Positions 1 through 14,850 of a stretch of DNA of 64,000 bases are shown here, piece after piece. The DNA comes from Paramecium tetraurelia (Eukaryota), in assembly GCA_000165425.1 (NCBI GenBank), contig CT868034.1:1-64000 (forward strand), given 5' to 3'. Positions within the stretch are counted from its first letter, which is position 1; the number at the start of each line of letters is the position of its first letter. A program made the position numbers and the translations under genes. The notes beneath the pieces are model-generated. The model worked only from the letters and a program-made list of their open reading frames with translations, had not been told where the DNA came from and searched no databases.

Positions 1-3000
1 GACATCCACTCTTTTCGAATAAATATTTATTCAAAGATAGTTTAAACTACTATTTCGAAGATTCTTATTCTTATTTATGAACGAATATTATGTACACATC
101 CTTCCTTAACTTATAACTTATAAAGCATTTTGTAAATAACGTTGCAACCATTTCAAACAAATTTCTTGTTCAATAATGTGGCTTTCCTACTCTAAGCTTT
201 CTTAATATAATTTTATGTAGAATAACTCAAGACATAGCAAAAATGGAGATATGCTGGGAAGAAAAGTCAATAATAATTTAATTTATTCTATCTATATCCC
301 TAAAAACCTTAATGTATGGTTAACTATAACTCTTTATGAATTAATATTTGCCTCATGCATTATAATTATTTCTTAAATATTTATCTTAATGCGCAGCTCA
401 GCTCGATAATATATTTAGCTTATGTATATTTGCTTATAGGGTAAATATTATTAAATTATTGGCTACTTGATATTCTGATTAATAATGAACTTGCTTATCA
501 TACATCCAGAAAATGTTTTATTGTTTTTTTCATATGGAGTTAAAAAAGATATATATATATGTGATTTGTATTCAAAATTAGCAAGAAATGCAGTCAGTAG
601 ATTAATTTGCTATTCTGTATCCCACGAGATAATAGATATAAGGAGAGGCAGAGAAGAAAAGTTACAGTTTATTAAAATTATAAAATGACAGATTTTATCC
701 AGATTTAGAATTAAAATTATGCCAAGGCACTTTGTGTCACTTAGATAGAAACCCCATGTGGAGCATTTTCATAATATAACTGTAAGCATTATTTATGAAG
801 GCTTGAATTAGAAGAAGTACATTGAACAAAAGGAAAATGCATAGAGAGTAAACAAGCTTAGAATAAAAGTTGTGATACAAAAGTTTAAATTTTACAAGAG
901 GTAACTTGGATATTGACTTCAAGAGAGATGGAAATATTATGTGCAGCAATCCTAGACTTTTCTAGAGCATTGAGAATGAATAAAGTTGGGATGTATTGGA
1001 TATACTTAACAAAAAGTTGTTGAATGCCGATCTATATTTTTAAGAACTAAAAACAAATTATGCTGCCTTAAGCAGTATTGGCAGAATCGAAAAGTGCTCA
1101 TTAAAAATTTAAATCCATTCTGTAGAATTAAAAATAAGGTCTATATTTTTTAACAACTTCTACTGATCAGCACACTTAAGGGATCATTATATAATACCCT
1201 CATCAAGTTAAAACGACAGCATACACATTGTATTCTTGATATTGCTCCTCAATCCAAAAATAAATTTAACAAATGTTGATACGAAAGTGTTAAAGATCCA
1301 CAGTAGCTGATCACAAGAACATTTTGTAAAGGTGGATATGAATGGATTGCCATAAGATGAAGAAATGAAATAAAGTCACAATAATTGGGAACAATCTAAA
1401 AAAATAGCATATAATTACTACGTATAGTCGCAATAACTCAGGAGATTTAAGAACATTGCTTAAAATAAAGGATTAATTTGCAAATAATGTCAGATCCCAA
1501 ATAGTCATAAGTTAAGACCTAAGATTTACCCAAAAAAAAAAGGATGAAGGACATTAATTTATATTCATGGCCAAGAATTATAAATACGAAATACAGATAA
1601 GTGTGCTTTAATAATATCGTTAACCTTACTTTTAGTAATACGTCAGCATCAGAATAAATTTGCTTTAATTCTATCTTCCCTTGGAAACTTCAACAACTTC
1701 AATAAGAATGCTCATTAAGTGAGGCTTAGTGTGACACAATACATTTAGATGTTCTCATAATATTTTTCTATTAGAGCACAATTGACCAGCATAAAACAAT
1801 TTGGGGGGCGATAGAGCCAGATAATAGGCTAATAAAAACTATACTCATATACTTATAAATTAAACTTAGGATATCCAAACATATTGCCAGTTATAACAAA
1901 TGGAATTAAAGATTGTTGTTTTGTCTCTCAAATTGTAGATTGGCCAATATCAAATTCAGTGTCAATAGTGTGGTGTCTCCTTTTCATAAGCTAACACAAT
2001 TCTCAAGGAGTCAGTTGTTAATTAAGATTTTTGGCTGAATTTGAGAGAACTTATCAACATCATTAAATATGAATCAATCATTAAAATAACTACGTTTAGT
2101 CAATTAAAAGATTGATAAGAGCAATATCAACGTGGCCATGTTATAAGAGAATACTTAGATAAAAGTAGCAGCTGCTATAGTCAGCCAAATTGACACACTA
2201 AACATTAAAATTATCTTCATAATTATATCCAGAAACTTTGAGGCAATGTAGGTTGAGCACAATTTAGCATTATTAAATACACATAGAGTCATATAATCAG
2301 TTAATTCAACTCTATAAGAATTAGATTTAATTGACTCACAGTATCCAATAATGATTTTGTTTTAGCATAGGCGATTGTAAAAGAAAGTTAATAAGTTCCA
2401 AAAGTTAGGACCAAAATCCAACTATACTGATTCTAAATTTTACAGCCGTTGTTTAGATATTCATGTAATGAAATATTCTATATTATATGATACCCCTGTA
2501 GTGGTATAATAGGTATGTTACATCCTCCTTGAACCTAGATTTTAATAGTACCCTTTAATTTATTAGAAGGAATGAAAAGAAACACTAAGCTCTAAATTGC
2601 TATCTATAATATAGCTCATATGTATAACATATATATTAAATATGAAGACAGTACCAGCATCACAATAACTACATTTCTTTCTAAATTATCAGCCTAACCT
2701 ATAATAAATAAAATTTAGGGAAAAGGAAACCATTTATACATGATATACAGGTTGATGAGCAGTCTAAACCAATGTTTAGGATTTGCTAGAAAATCTTATG
2801 GAGTTCATCTTAACAATTATGAATTAGTCACAGTATAATTTTATGCTTTGCACTGTCCAGAAGAATCTAATTAGACATTACGAGTAAGGAAGCATAAGAA
2901 AGGATTATTGTGCTGTAGAATTAAAGTGAGCTTAAGAACATGTTTAAGATTGGTTCCCATTATTGATAATTTACAGAAGAGTCTAATTCTGTTTACAAGA

Positions 3001-4587
3001 TATGAGTCTGATTTTGCAGCAAAAGAATCAGGCGTGCTCAAATCTTAATCATAAGTTTTAGTATCTCAAGTCCAATAATTAGAATAAATAAATAGTAAAA
3101 AATAATTGACATCAGATACCTATTGACTTTAATAAGAATAATAAAATATAGCTTGTACACCAAAGAGTAAAAATGATTCACAATAATATCGCTCACCTAC
3201 ATGACGTCAATTAGATAAATGAATAGTTGGCTTCACAAGTAGTTGTTCGCGCGAGTATCACTATTGTCCTAAAGAGATCATGAATATTGATTAAGATTGC
3301 CAGGTATTGAGGCAAGAGGCAACAACCCTTTGACATTAGTAACCAACAGCATTAATTTGAGACAAAGAGTTTATTGTAAGTGCTTTGATAGTAACATATA
3401 CCACTTCATTCACTTCCAGTCTTGTGCAGAAGTAATATGAGGTTATATAATATATTCTTGACATAGCTTACAAGTATTTTGAATTACATAAAGACATCTT
3501 GATGTCTTACATGCAGCGCAAATAATAAAAACATTGAGTTCCTTATGTCGCATTAACATCTAATGCACAAAGAAGAAAAAGTTGAAATAATCACAATCAG
3601 CAATAGGGGAGATATATATGGAGTTTACATTCAAATAGTTGGCAGATCTTCAGCAAGTATATGCCAGCATATTTATTACAGGTTGCAAACAAATGATTCT
3701 AGTAAATATACTTCGTTGTAACTCAATTATGCATTGTTTCATTCATGCAAGAAAAGAAACCTTTACATAAAGATGAGAAGTAGTAGCCACTTATGCTTGA
3801 TATGCATTGATAGAGCTTTCAATTCATTTCCATAAACATTAAATTATAAAGGAGAGATACGTTTAGGATTATCTAAGAGATATTAAGAGCACTTGATAAA
3901 CTACAATCAATTTCTAGAGTTGTACTCAAGAAAGAGCCAAGGTCTATAGGTATTTAAGTTATGTGGAAAAATTCCATTATATAAGTGATTAACTTATAAT
4001 ATTTCTGGGACTTGAATTCGAATTAGAGTTAGAAGTTACACAAACTTCACTGTTATATAAGCATTTCAGTAAAGATTGTAATTTGGTTAACCTGATTATA
4101 TGCGATATACAAGCTTTACACTGAAAGGTTAAACAAGTAAGCAACAATAAGGGTATTATATCCAGAAATAAGCAAGAATTGGTAGAAATGAATGATGCTA
4201 AATTTAAATGACATAATGCAATGATTAATTGCTTATTTTACAACAGTACAAAGTTTGGTGGGGTATATAAAAAATAATGCTATATTCATAATATAAATGG
4301 TTAATGGGTCTATAATAGGTATTAGATTAATATTGCGTCGCAAAGAGATCTTGAACATTATGATCGGAAGACATTCCAAAAAAATGCAGCCTATCAACGT
4401 AGAACCCAGCAATAAAATTATGAGATAAAACTCTGTAAAGGAAGAATCTGGTTCTTAATACAAGTAGAAAAAAATTGTAACCTGACTTTAAGCAGAGCAT
4501 ATCACAATTACCATGACAACAACAATAAATCCTTATTTGTTTTCATATTGTGGAGTTATTATTGCAATTTTAGACACAATTAATTGA
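1..4587 (+). pseudogene. Decayed Cys-rich surface-antigen-like gene (5' part outside window)
   Basis: Ciliate-code fragments with surface-antigen-style periods: GKCIESKQAQNKSCDTK (~832-885) and CPKEIMNIDQDCQVLRQE (~3265-3320). It ends in a GPI-signal-like tail TITMTTTINPYLFSYCGVIIAILDTIN-TGA (TGA 4585-4587). Many in-frame TGA and frameshifts. Confidence 0.55.
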
Positions 4588-4699
4588 GTTCAAGAGAGTG
4601 GTGCAAGTTAGTTGTACTAACCGAATATGAAGATATTTTTATTGAAACTGAAAAACAGAAGAGATCAGTAGTCAATTGAATTAGGTAAAATATGCGTTT

Positions 4700-6450
4700 C
4701 CAACTTATAAAACTACAAGGTGAATCCTTTTATAATTTAATAAAACAAAGGAAACTTTGTGTGTACAGTTCTCACAAATGATTGTGGCTCAAGGGTAATA
4801 TCATGGCTTCATAGTAATCATAAGAGATTCTGATCATTTTAAGATATTCTACAATGAAGGTAGATAGTGAACAAATAAGTTTACAATGTCAGTTATCCAG
4901 ATGATTTCAGTGACACAGGGCTTAAATTTGCATTTATTTAGAAAGCACATGTTAGGCAATGCTATTATTTATCTGCTATAAAGTATGATAGGATGAACTC
5001 CATATATTATTATTGGGCTAAACATGCAGCTAGAATATCCAATAACATGCCCTAAGTTATTCTCATAAGAAGAGCATTTAGTGAAAGTATGTATACATAA
5101 ATAGCATGCGTCACAATCTAAATGGCTCGAGAGAAATCTTTGGTTACCCTTATCAATAATATTGATTTAAATATTATGATTATTATCTAGGTTGAAAGAT
5201 TTTAGTTTTACATCAAATTACATAAAGTCTATAAATCTAACATTCTTCTTATCTTCATAAATTCAATTTTATTTAATGGTTGGGTTAGAAAATATATCTT
5301 AAATAGATTTTGCAGTTTAACAAATTTCAAATAGTGAACCTAGAGAGGTATAAAGAACTGCATGGTGTATAATCTTTAGATAATACATCTGATTATATCA
5401 AGCAAATGTCAAGAATGCTAGAGAATATATTGTAAGGATAGATATTTAAGATTGTTAGGACGGTTAATGTATCCATCAAAACAATCTTTAGTAAGTCATC
5501 AACATAGGTAAGGCCATACAAAGTTCTTAAAAATTGCTATGATATAGAATTAGAGTCATCATTTAAAGTTAAATAACTTTGCAGGACTTTTATTAAAATG
5601 TTGTTTGTATGAGGAATTGCATCAATGGCACAAAAATATGATCACTATGATTTGAGAAAGCAACAATGCCAACCTGTATTTGAATTATGTGAACAGAATA
5701 TAGGCTCAAATTTATTTAGGAATAATTTCTAAATATCTTTGAAAGGTACAGATGGTATACAAATTAAAAAATCCTTGAAGAAACTCACATTATTAATCGA
5801 AACCGATATTTGTGCTTAACATATAGAATAATCACAAGATGAGAACTCAACAACACATAATATTATAACTTTGTAACTCCTTATAAGAAGAATTTCAAAA
5901 AGGATTGTGGATGTTTTAGAGGTTTAATAAATCGTCCTTGCTTCAAGGATTATATAGATCTCACAAATAATTTTCAGACATACAAAATGGGTAGAGGTTT
6001 ATCTGTTTTGGAAATTAGTAGATGCCTAATCAATGTTGTGCATTTCATAGGATAAAAAATTCAATTACTATAGTGACATTTAGTTGTTTTAAGCGCAGAT
6101 ATCGCACAGAATGTAACGTTCGACATTTATTGTTTGGATATCATTTCAGGTGATGGACAGTGAACTACAAGATTTGAAATTGATATTATAAAAGTTGCAT
6201 CCGGCTGAAAATAAGAAGCTGAGTCCAAGGATTATTTTTAAAAGCCTTAAATGCAATAAGTGTAGACATGTGAATTCCAACAAGGTAACCCTGCTTTTGG
6301 CCATTAAATGCGAACATGGCTGTTATTGTGTTGCAGAAGGGCAAATAAAGGTTTGAAAATACTTTATACAAGCAAGACAATGACACTCGTTAGAGGTATT
6401 CTTAAAAGATTCAGAAGAATTTAAAACAGGCAAGTATTTTACCTGATGTT
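4700..6450 (+). pseudogene. Heavily decayed Cys-rich coding remnant
   Basis: Scattered TGT/TGC-rich fragments on +, no long open frame; boundaries approximate. Confidence 0.3.
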
Positions 6451-6499
6451 AATTTTTTAGAAATTATAATTTAGGTTGTGGTCATATTTTAATAATTAA

Positions 6500-8292
6500 T
6501 TCGCGAATTGTTGTATAAGTTAGAACAATTAGTAATGATTCAAGAAAAATTACATTTGGAGCACCATTTGATGAAGAATCATTCAACATAATCATTGGCA
6601 TATAATTCATCAGAGGCAATTCTAATAAATATCACCAAACACAACTATAAAATCTTAAATTGGTTTTCGCATACTGTTGTGCCTTTGTAGATTTCATTTA
6701 TCATACTTTGTCCATCTTCATATACTCATATTTTGATTGATATCGCTACTTCTAAATTAAATAATGAATATTGTGACTGTGTCTAAATTCAACAAACTTT
6801 TTCAGAATGTTACATAATTGGTAGTTGACCCAATTAATTTTATGTATAAAGATTTTATCGAACAATAAAGCTATCCTCAAAATAAGAAAAAAATGAAAAA
6901 GTTGAATAGAGCATTATACATACAATTTATAAGGAATAATTCTACATAAGCGGCATTATTTACCATTTTAAAAATGGTAGCTAAAGAGCAAACCCTAATA
7001 CTGATTATCTGACATTCAGTAGTCTTATCTGGCTTAGGTTTGAAAAAGCCCAAATAATTGCTGCTATCTAGCTATAAGCTAAGTTTTTGAGAAGCTTCTA
7101 ATTTTACTCAAGTATTTTCTGCATCCAAAACTAATAAGACATCAGTCAACTTTTTTCCTTGTGCTCTGCTTCACCTAATCTAGTGCTACATGTTAATGTT
7201 ATTATCAAGTGACATGCAATTTATTAGAAACAATTTTGGCAGTGTTAAACATTGTGTTTTAGCTATTGCATAATCAATACACTGCCTACTATTACAGAAA
7301 TAGCATTAATTTGCCCAATTTTTCTATTCTGTTTGCCCATGAACTTTTTCTGAGATCTAGCAGTTGTTCCACTTTTGATGAGTGATTCTATCTTTATTTT
7401 GCTGTAACAATTCTGTCAGACTTGTTTTGACTGCAGCTAATTTTAAGTGCTGCCTCTATCCATGTTATACGATCAAATTACAGAAATGACCTGTTAAGCA
7501 GCGCAAAACAATGCATAACTATATGTTTTTATGATAAACAAAATTTTTCTCAAAAACCTCAAAAGTAATATTTAATGCCCAGTATCGCTACTCTCATTAG
7601 AACAAAATATTTAGTCTCTGATTTTTGTATACTTGAGGATATACTTTAGATTCCAATAGTGCAGTCAAATTACAACATATTGCATGACATTTGTATGCAA
7701 TAATGGAAGAAGTGAGTAATTTATATCATCTTATTCTATTGGTTGAGGTATCCCACATGTAGAAATAGCGTTGCCTATCCTACTAATATTATTATACATG
7801 TTTATCTTGCAATATCTTTTAGTTGCATGTAGAATAAATGCAATATATGTTGTTTTAGTTTCTCTCCTGATTTTATGATAATATCAGCACATTAAATTAA
7901 ATTAGCAAAACATGTATTACTTCAGAAATTTAGTGAATGCTCTAATTGTATTCTAAGCATTAAACTAGTACAACAAGTATTGAAGTTGCCTATCACGTGT
8001 CCAATTTACTTCGTTAATATACGTCAAGTTGTAATTTTGATACACGCCATCTGTTACAAGCTGAGTAGTTATTCTAAGTATTTTTCTAATAACAAATGTT
8101 TGCTAATCCTGTATTTAAGGATGTTAACCTGAAAAATGATGAATATAATCATTGAAATGATTTGCTTTCAAAGTAGCCTATATTACAATACTGTGTACTG
8201 TTGCCTCTTTTCATAAAGCCCATAAAATAGATAATGTAACACGTTAGACTAACCGAAGGCTTGATAGAAAAAACCCACAAACAATAACCATC
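6500..8292 (-). pseudogene. Decayed surface-antigen-like remnant on the minus strand
   Basis: Minus-strand fragments DGYCLWV (~8272-8292) and CFANLIQCADIIIKSG (~7865-7915); interrupted by stops and frameshifts. Confidence 0.45.
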
Positions 8293-9615
8293 ATAAATAA
8301 ACTCCGCAAATCTGGGTTTCTGTTACTTTGATTATATCCACATTTTAATAACCATCCTCTCCATCCTCTGGGTATCTAGCGTATTTAAACATAGAAAATT
8401 ATTAATTATCGCAATAATATCCTAATCCTGAGAAATATGCAAATTCCAAATTGAAGACTGAGGAATAGATCAGACTACCCTTTATAATGAAGATACTTTG
8501 GACAGTACAGAGGCCTAATGGCCTTAATTAATTGCTTACCACATGATGGAGAGTTAAAAATATTAGATCACCCACTCCCACACGATCCTTAACTTACTTA
8601 TATGGTTTCCTTTTCCATGTTGGACTACCATTGTCTAGCACCTTAATATTTTAATCATTATATTTTTACTCCAGATAAAATCACTTAAAAATTATCGAGT
8701 ATCTGTTGTACTTAGGTTCATTTTCAGAGGATTCCCATAGACTCCTTCATCATAATTAATATAAAAAGCATATCTCTCCTGCATCTCTTATGTATATTAT
8801 TTAATTAGGCTTAACTCAAAGTCATTGGTTACATTAAAAATTTTAATCTCCAATATTGAACTTTGCAAGGTTTAATATTTACTTCTGTTCGTTAGGTAGC
8901 CTTAAAAATAAGTAAATTTCCTATCTAACATAATTATTTTATCTTGATCACTCAATCTAACTTAATTTCCAGAATATTTCATATTCTTTTATTCTTCTAG
9001 TGACTTAACGATATCTTCTTTGGCTAGAATTATCTATTATAATTCATTAATATCCGCCTCCTTACTTTCAAATTGAATTTCATTCACAAAATCCTTAAGT
9101 TTATTTCTTTCCTCCTTCTACTCCTGGTTCTTCTTGAGTTCATTATTCTCTTTTTAAGTTCCCTCACCTTTAGGCAAAAAGTTTATTCTCTTTATGTATT
9201 CAGGATATTACCTGCTATAGTTGTGGTTTGGAGCAGGTTTTATATAAAAGGGGGAGAGTTAACTATTTCGATTTATTTTTTGTTCTTAATATTATCTCTA
9301 TTAGGGGATTTCTGTCTCAATGATTTTATTCTAAACAAAAATAACATTTATTTGGGTTTCCTTTTTAGCTTTAAAGCACAATTTAGTTTCTCCTTTGTTT
9401 AAGAGTATATCTTCCAAAGTATCCATCACCACCTATTATTAATTATCTTACTCATAAGTTTAGATTGGTTATTTTTTATAGTTAAGTTGTACTATGCTCA
9501 TTAAAGGATTTTCACAAAAGTGGCCTTAATTCTCATTTTTAGATGAAGAGAAATTCTGTTCTGTATGAAACTTATCTCAAGTATTGGTTGATCAATAAGA
9601 TGGAATGTTCTCCAT
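8291..9615 (-). pseudogene. Unknown protein with coiled-coil-like middle; comparatively lightly damaged
   Basis: ATG at 9615 followed by two early in-frame TGA. Then roughly 290 open codons (ELKKNQEQKEERNKLKDFVNEIQFESKEADINELQQIILAKEDIVKSLEE), one apparent frameshift near 8670-8690, and an open C-terminal part ending ETQICGVYL-TGA at 8291. Confidence 0.4.
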
Positions 9616-9699
9616 GCTAAATATATTTTTAAATTCTATTGATAATTGTTACTAGCAAAAAATTCATAAAAACAATAAATACTTACCCTAAAGTTTATT

Positions 9700-12600
9700 T
9701 AAAATTGGTATTAGGGCAATAGTTCTTGCATCAAAAAGAATAGAGGCTATTTAGTTTTGGAGGTGTGAAATCTAATGATTGTAGCGATGTTACAGTTGAA
9801 AAAGAAGAAAGAAATAGTTATCTCAGCTTGATTAGGAATAAATATATATAACTAATCTTAATTGAAATTGTTGGGCTAAAATGCATATGCTCAATTTACT
9901 ACTATTAAACAAAGGTATTATCAACATAATCAAGCCAAATAATGAAGATAATTCTGATCTGTAATTTATTGGCCCAGAGAAAGAGGCCTTTTAACAATGG
10001 AACTTGTCATATTGAGGTGTATATTGTTTTTGAAATTTTCTGGTGTCATAATTCCACTCTAGAGGTGGGAAGAAACCGATTATGTACTATTAATATATAT
10101 TTGGTACGGCTGGTATTCTCACACCATAGGTTCTTAATTTTATGAATTGACTTCTTTGTGAGTTTGAATATGGTTACAGCTCATTTTTATTCTGGAAATC
10201 AAAATCAATTTAGAGGCTCTGGTTGTAGAAGTCAGATTTATGCTACTTTATAATCTAGCAATTTGCTCTTATTCAAGCAAACTTATGTTCGCTGCTAAAG
10301 TATTATATATTCGGATTGCGGAAGTATGTGATTAGATTCCATGAGGATTTCATGCTTGAATTTAATTTTGTATTACTAATGTGAAATAGGTCGTCAATTT
10401 AGAAGTTAGAATGTAAGGAAGTTGAGAAAAGTTAGATTAGATTTTATATGGTTACTATTTTGTATAACTTCAGTTTGATGATTGTTAAAAGTATTTTTTA
10501 ATAATGTATTGGTCAAAGAAGATAATATTCTGCTTGGATAGCTATCCAGGCTCACTTCTCTTATTGAATGAACGAATCTTTTATCTGAGATTTTGAAAAA
10601 TCTTATATAAAATGCGATTCAGTCCAGAGATGCTATTTTAGCTTAACACTAATTGCGAATTTTAAATGAGCGCTACAAGAGGAATGCTTATTCAAATTTC
10701 TGGAGCTGCCTGCTATCATTTATCATCAAGACCTCTGCATATATGTATCTAGGTTATGCAAAATCAAATGCTCTAATTAGGCAAATACTTTATTAGAGAA
10801 CTTGAGTTTTAATACTCCAAAACGGTGCTTAGTCTTAGTCCTTACACCAAAGGTAATAGTGTTGATAGTAATTGAAAAGTCTGCGAGAATGGGGACAATC
10901 ATATGAAAAGTTTCAAACAAAAGTATTTAATATTTGTCATTCTTTTGAGAATTCCTCCACAATATAAGACTAGAGCAATTTTAATGAATAATTTCCAACA
11001 TCTTTATAGTCACTTTTTGAAAGAAGAATTTCAAGTATTAAAATTGAGGAAACCTTCACTCCACCAATTTGTCGGTCTGTATATAGCTAGCTATTCTTAA
11101 TTAATTTGACCAAAATTGCCTCGATTAAGAATATAAAAAGCCAAACTATAAAAATTGGATCAGAAACGCAAATTTACAATTCATAGATTAAAATCATGTA
11201 ATTACTTTTTTAAAGCCATTATGCAATATTTTCACTAAAGACAATCGTTACAAGTCTGTGATTGCATTTCTGTTTGATGATATCCAAAAGGCAATACTAT
11301 AATCAGCTATAATTGACATAAACAATACGAGGATAAGGTGCAACGAACATTTTAGATCTGATGTCTGATAGAACCTGCAACATTTATTAAAATTAGAAAC
11401 ATTTAATTCAGCTGCACTTACAATCAGCGGAATATTAGGGAGGTTGTTGAATAATTATACAGAAATTTTGCAAACTATAAGGAAGCAATTAAAAATTTTT
11501 AAAAGAAGCATCGAGTTTTGTGTTAGACAAAGTGGTATCCTAGATTATATAGTTTCAAACTCAATAAGCAAGAAAAAGTGTCAGTGTAAAATATTGAAAA
11601 ATGGCTTAGCGCTCTTATTAATAACACATACAAGTGTGGCTCAAGTATCGTTCTACTTAGTAATATTTTATTCACATTCCTACAAAAAAATAACAATTTA
11701 CCTTGAAACAACATGCAGGAAAGATAAATTTTAGAAGTAAGACCAAACACCAACTACTTCAATTTAATTGTAATCAACATCCCATTATCCGTAGTCTCAA
11801 CAAATGCATCCAACTTCAAATTTAGAGAAGAAACTCTTTGTAAACTAAGTATGCAATCTAAAACGCTTCTCAATCACTATGGCAAATATATGAGCGCATA
11901 ATTAGGATTTAACAATTAACACATTTAATGGCGAAAAAAATTTTATATTCATAAATTCCTTATGATTTGGGCTTCAAGTATGTTTTCAACATTAGGCGCT
12001 AGAAGTGCTTTAAGTGGATTAATAAACTTTGCAATTCCCACTAGAGTAAGTGAGGGCATTACAAACTATAGTTCCTAGAAATGCACTTGCACCAGAAACA
12101 TTGTAAAATTACATACTCTCTGAAATAGCCACTAAATTATCGGGTTAAGGGCTAAAATCTTAAAAATGTTAGCAAAAAGCTGTAAATCAATAATATTTAT
12201 GTTTAGGAGCATGTCTGTTGATCATAACTTCGAGATTCGCAATAGAAATATGTAGTGCTAATATTAGATAAACGAAAAATAGTTCAAGGTTTTCTAAAGC
12301 AGCAGAAGTTGAGTGCATAACTTTCAAAACATTTGAAACTTGAAAGATTAAAGGTAGAATAAAGAGGTTTAAATAAGAAGCCAAAGTTTACTTATTTTTT
12401 GGAAACTTCTTGAGGTCAGAAATGCTAGCATAAAGTAAACGTCCACAAACTCTACAATAGATGGTATTTAAATTAAGGATAGAAAGGAATTGATTTATTA
12501 CATAACATAATTTAAGAACCAGCAACTTACATGGGTGAGATTTAATAGAAAAGCGAATTAAGCAAAAAAGATAATATCTTAATCGAGCAAAGTGGAAGGA

Positions 12601-14850
12601 AGATTGCCACTCACTCAGACCCAGTAACATAATGTTAATAGTAGAATGCACCCAGCACAGCTAAAGGAATTAATTTTACCTTAAGAACTATAAAATTTTC
12701 CCTTCAGAAGAACCAATAGCATCAGTATTTACAGTACCAATACCAAAGACAAAGCTACTATATTCTATTTTGGTATACTTTGTTGTTTATCCTTGAAATT
12801 AAAATAAATAGTAGCGGTTGTAGAATTGCTCAAGTGTTGATTGAATGTTGACGAACGCTATGCTCTGAATTTAACCTCTAGAGTATAATGTACAAGTAGG
12901 AGCTTTTAGGCTAAATTCTTAATGGTAGTAGGAAGGCACGTAAAATACAACCAATAGTTAGGTTAGCATAGCTACTCCACTTTTTGAAGATTTAAATGAT
13001 GTTGACTAAAAGAAATAGCTAGAAATACATTAAGGACATGGCTATAATAAACTAAAATGCTGAATCACACTCATAATAAAAACTGAGATGCACAAGGGTT
13101 TTTATTATGTCCTAAGAAATAGAACGACTTAATAATCGTTGCTAAACATTCTACAACTGTGATGGCAGGTATGGCATAGGATGGAGCAAAAAAAATCACA
13201 ACATAAACCAAATAACAATTCAGTGTTGAAGTATTTAAATACTAATGAGAATTTTATATACAAAAGTGATTTATTACTAGTATAGGATATTCAAAAACAA
13301 CATTACAAGATGTCAATTAACAAGTATCACAGATAGATACTTGGGACAACCAAGAGTTGAATTTGTTTACAATTTTGCGACCCCGTTATCAAAAACCATA
13401 TCCACAATCAGCATGATTAGCTTGCTAATTGCAAACATTATCATAATTAGCATCATGTTTGTCATTTAAGCATTGAAAGAAAACTGTTGTTATAATAACA
13501 ATATAAAGGTTTATTGTTACGATTATTAAAGTTCAGTAGACAATCTTTTAATAGCCTATCAAAGCTTATTTGGAATTAGCAAAACATTATTATATATAAT
13601 AATTTACTCAAGTTCCCCATCTTATGCAGGTCATCTAATTCGGTATCATAATTTCAATAAAGGAACCTTTCATATTTACTTGCAGCTTAAGATTTCCGAG
13701 ATGCACATATTGTTGAAGGATTAAAAACAAGTAGAAATTTTTTTGTTGCTTAACTAAATACTCACAAATATTAGTTCAGCCGCAACTAAATATCAGAACC
13801 TTCACAAGTGATGCAGTTTAGAATTGAAGGCAATATGGATTGCGATGTGTTTGTTTAAAAGAGTTATATAGATTGCATTTATTTATCTCCATCAGTATGG
13901 TATTTAGAGCATAAGTTGGGTATTGAAAAATAAGAAATCAAAGTAATGAACTCACTTGCCTGCTTATTTTAAACAGTTAAAACTTTTTAGGAATGCTTAA
14001 AAAATAGTGCAATATACATAATATTAATGAATGATCGGTCCACAAGAGATATTAGCTTGTAAGTTTTTATAAATTAATAATTTTTTTATGTAAATAATCA
14101 TATTCTAGTCTTTTACATTTAATTATACCGTTGCAATTTAATCATTTATATGATTTAGTCTTGCTATTAAAAACTAATGGTTGAGATGGGAGCCTCCATG
14201 TGGGGCAGTGAATTAACTGGGACTCTTGTTACATGAATCAAAAAAGGATGTGTAAACTATTACCTATTATTCGAGCAAGCTTCTTAATTACAATAGGCAA
14301 TTTTTTTTGTGATGTTACTAATAATCAAGATTCAAAATTCCTGTATTTTCAGTTGGTATATTTTTATATCCTACATATTATAAACATATAAGTTATTTTG
14401 AAAATTCCGTGCAATTACTTCTATTCAATAATTACATATAAGTCACAAAAATAGTATTAGGCAGCAGCAATAAGGGCAAAAAGTACATGTAATAGATCAG
14501 AAGTTTGCAACAAATTTGGGATTAACTACATAATAATTGCTTGCTAAACGTGGATAAGTAGTTTTAAATCCTCAAAACATGATGTCAAAAGACATCAATC
14601 AAAGTTTGAACATGATTGATATGCCAATAAAAGATCAATATGTAAACGAAGAATAACAACTATATGCTTCTGCAGAGTCACAAAACCCTTAATCCTTAGT
14701 TGATTCACAGTATGGAGTCAGGATTGTAGTTTTAGACACAATTTTTCATCCATTTCCAAAGAAGGAAAAATCGAGGTCAAGATTTCTCGCAAGTGTTGCC
14801 ACCAGTATTAATTTGCGCTAGCAAATATATCAGCTGTTAATTAAATCAGG
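9700..14850 (+). pseudogene. Large decayed Cys-rich surface-antigen-like gene
   Basis: Fragments GGVKSNDCSDVTVEKE (~9760-9805), QEECLFK / SGAACYHLSS (~10675-10730) and CHLSIE (~13460); numerous stops and frameshifts; limits approximate. Confidence 0.5.
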
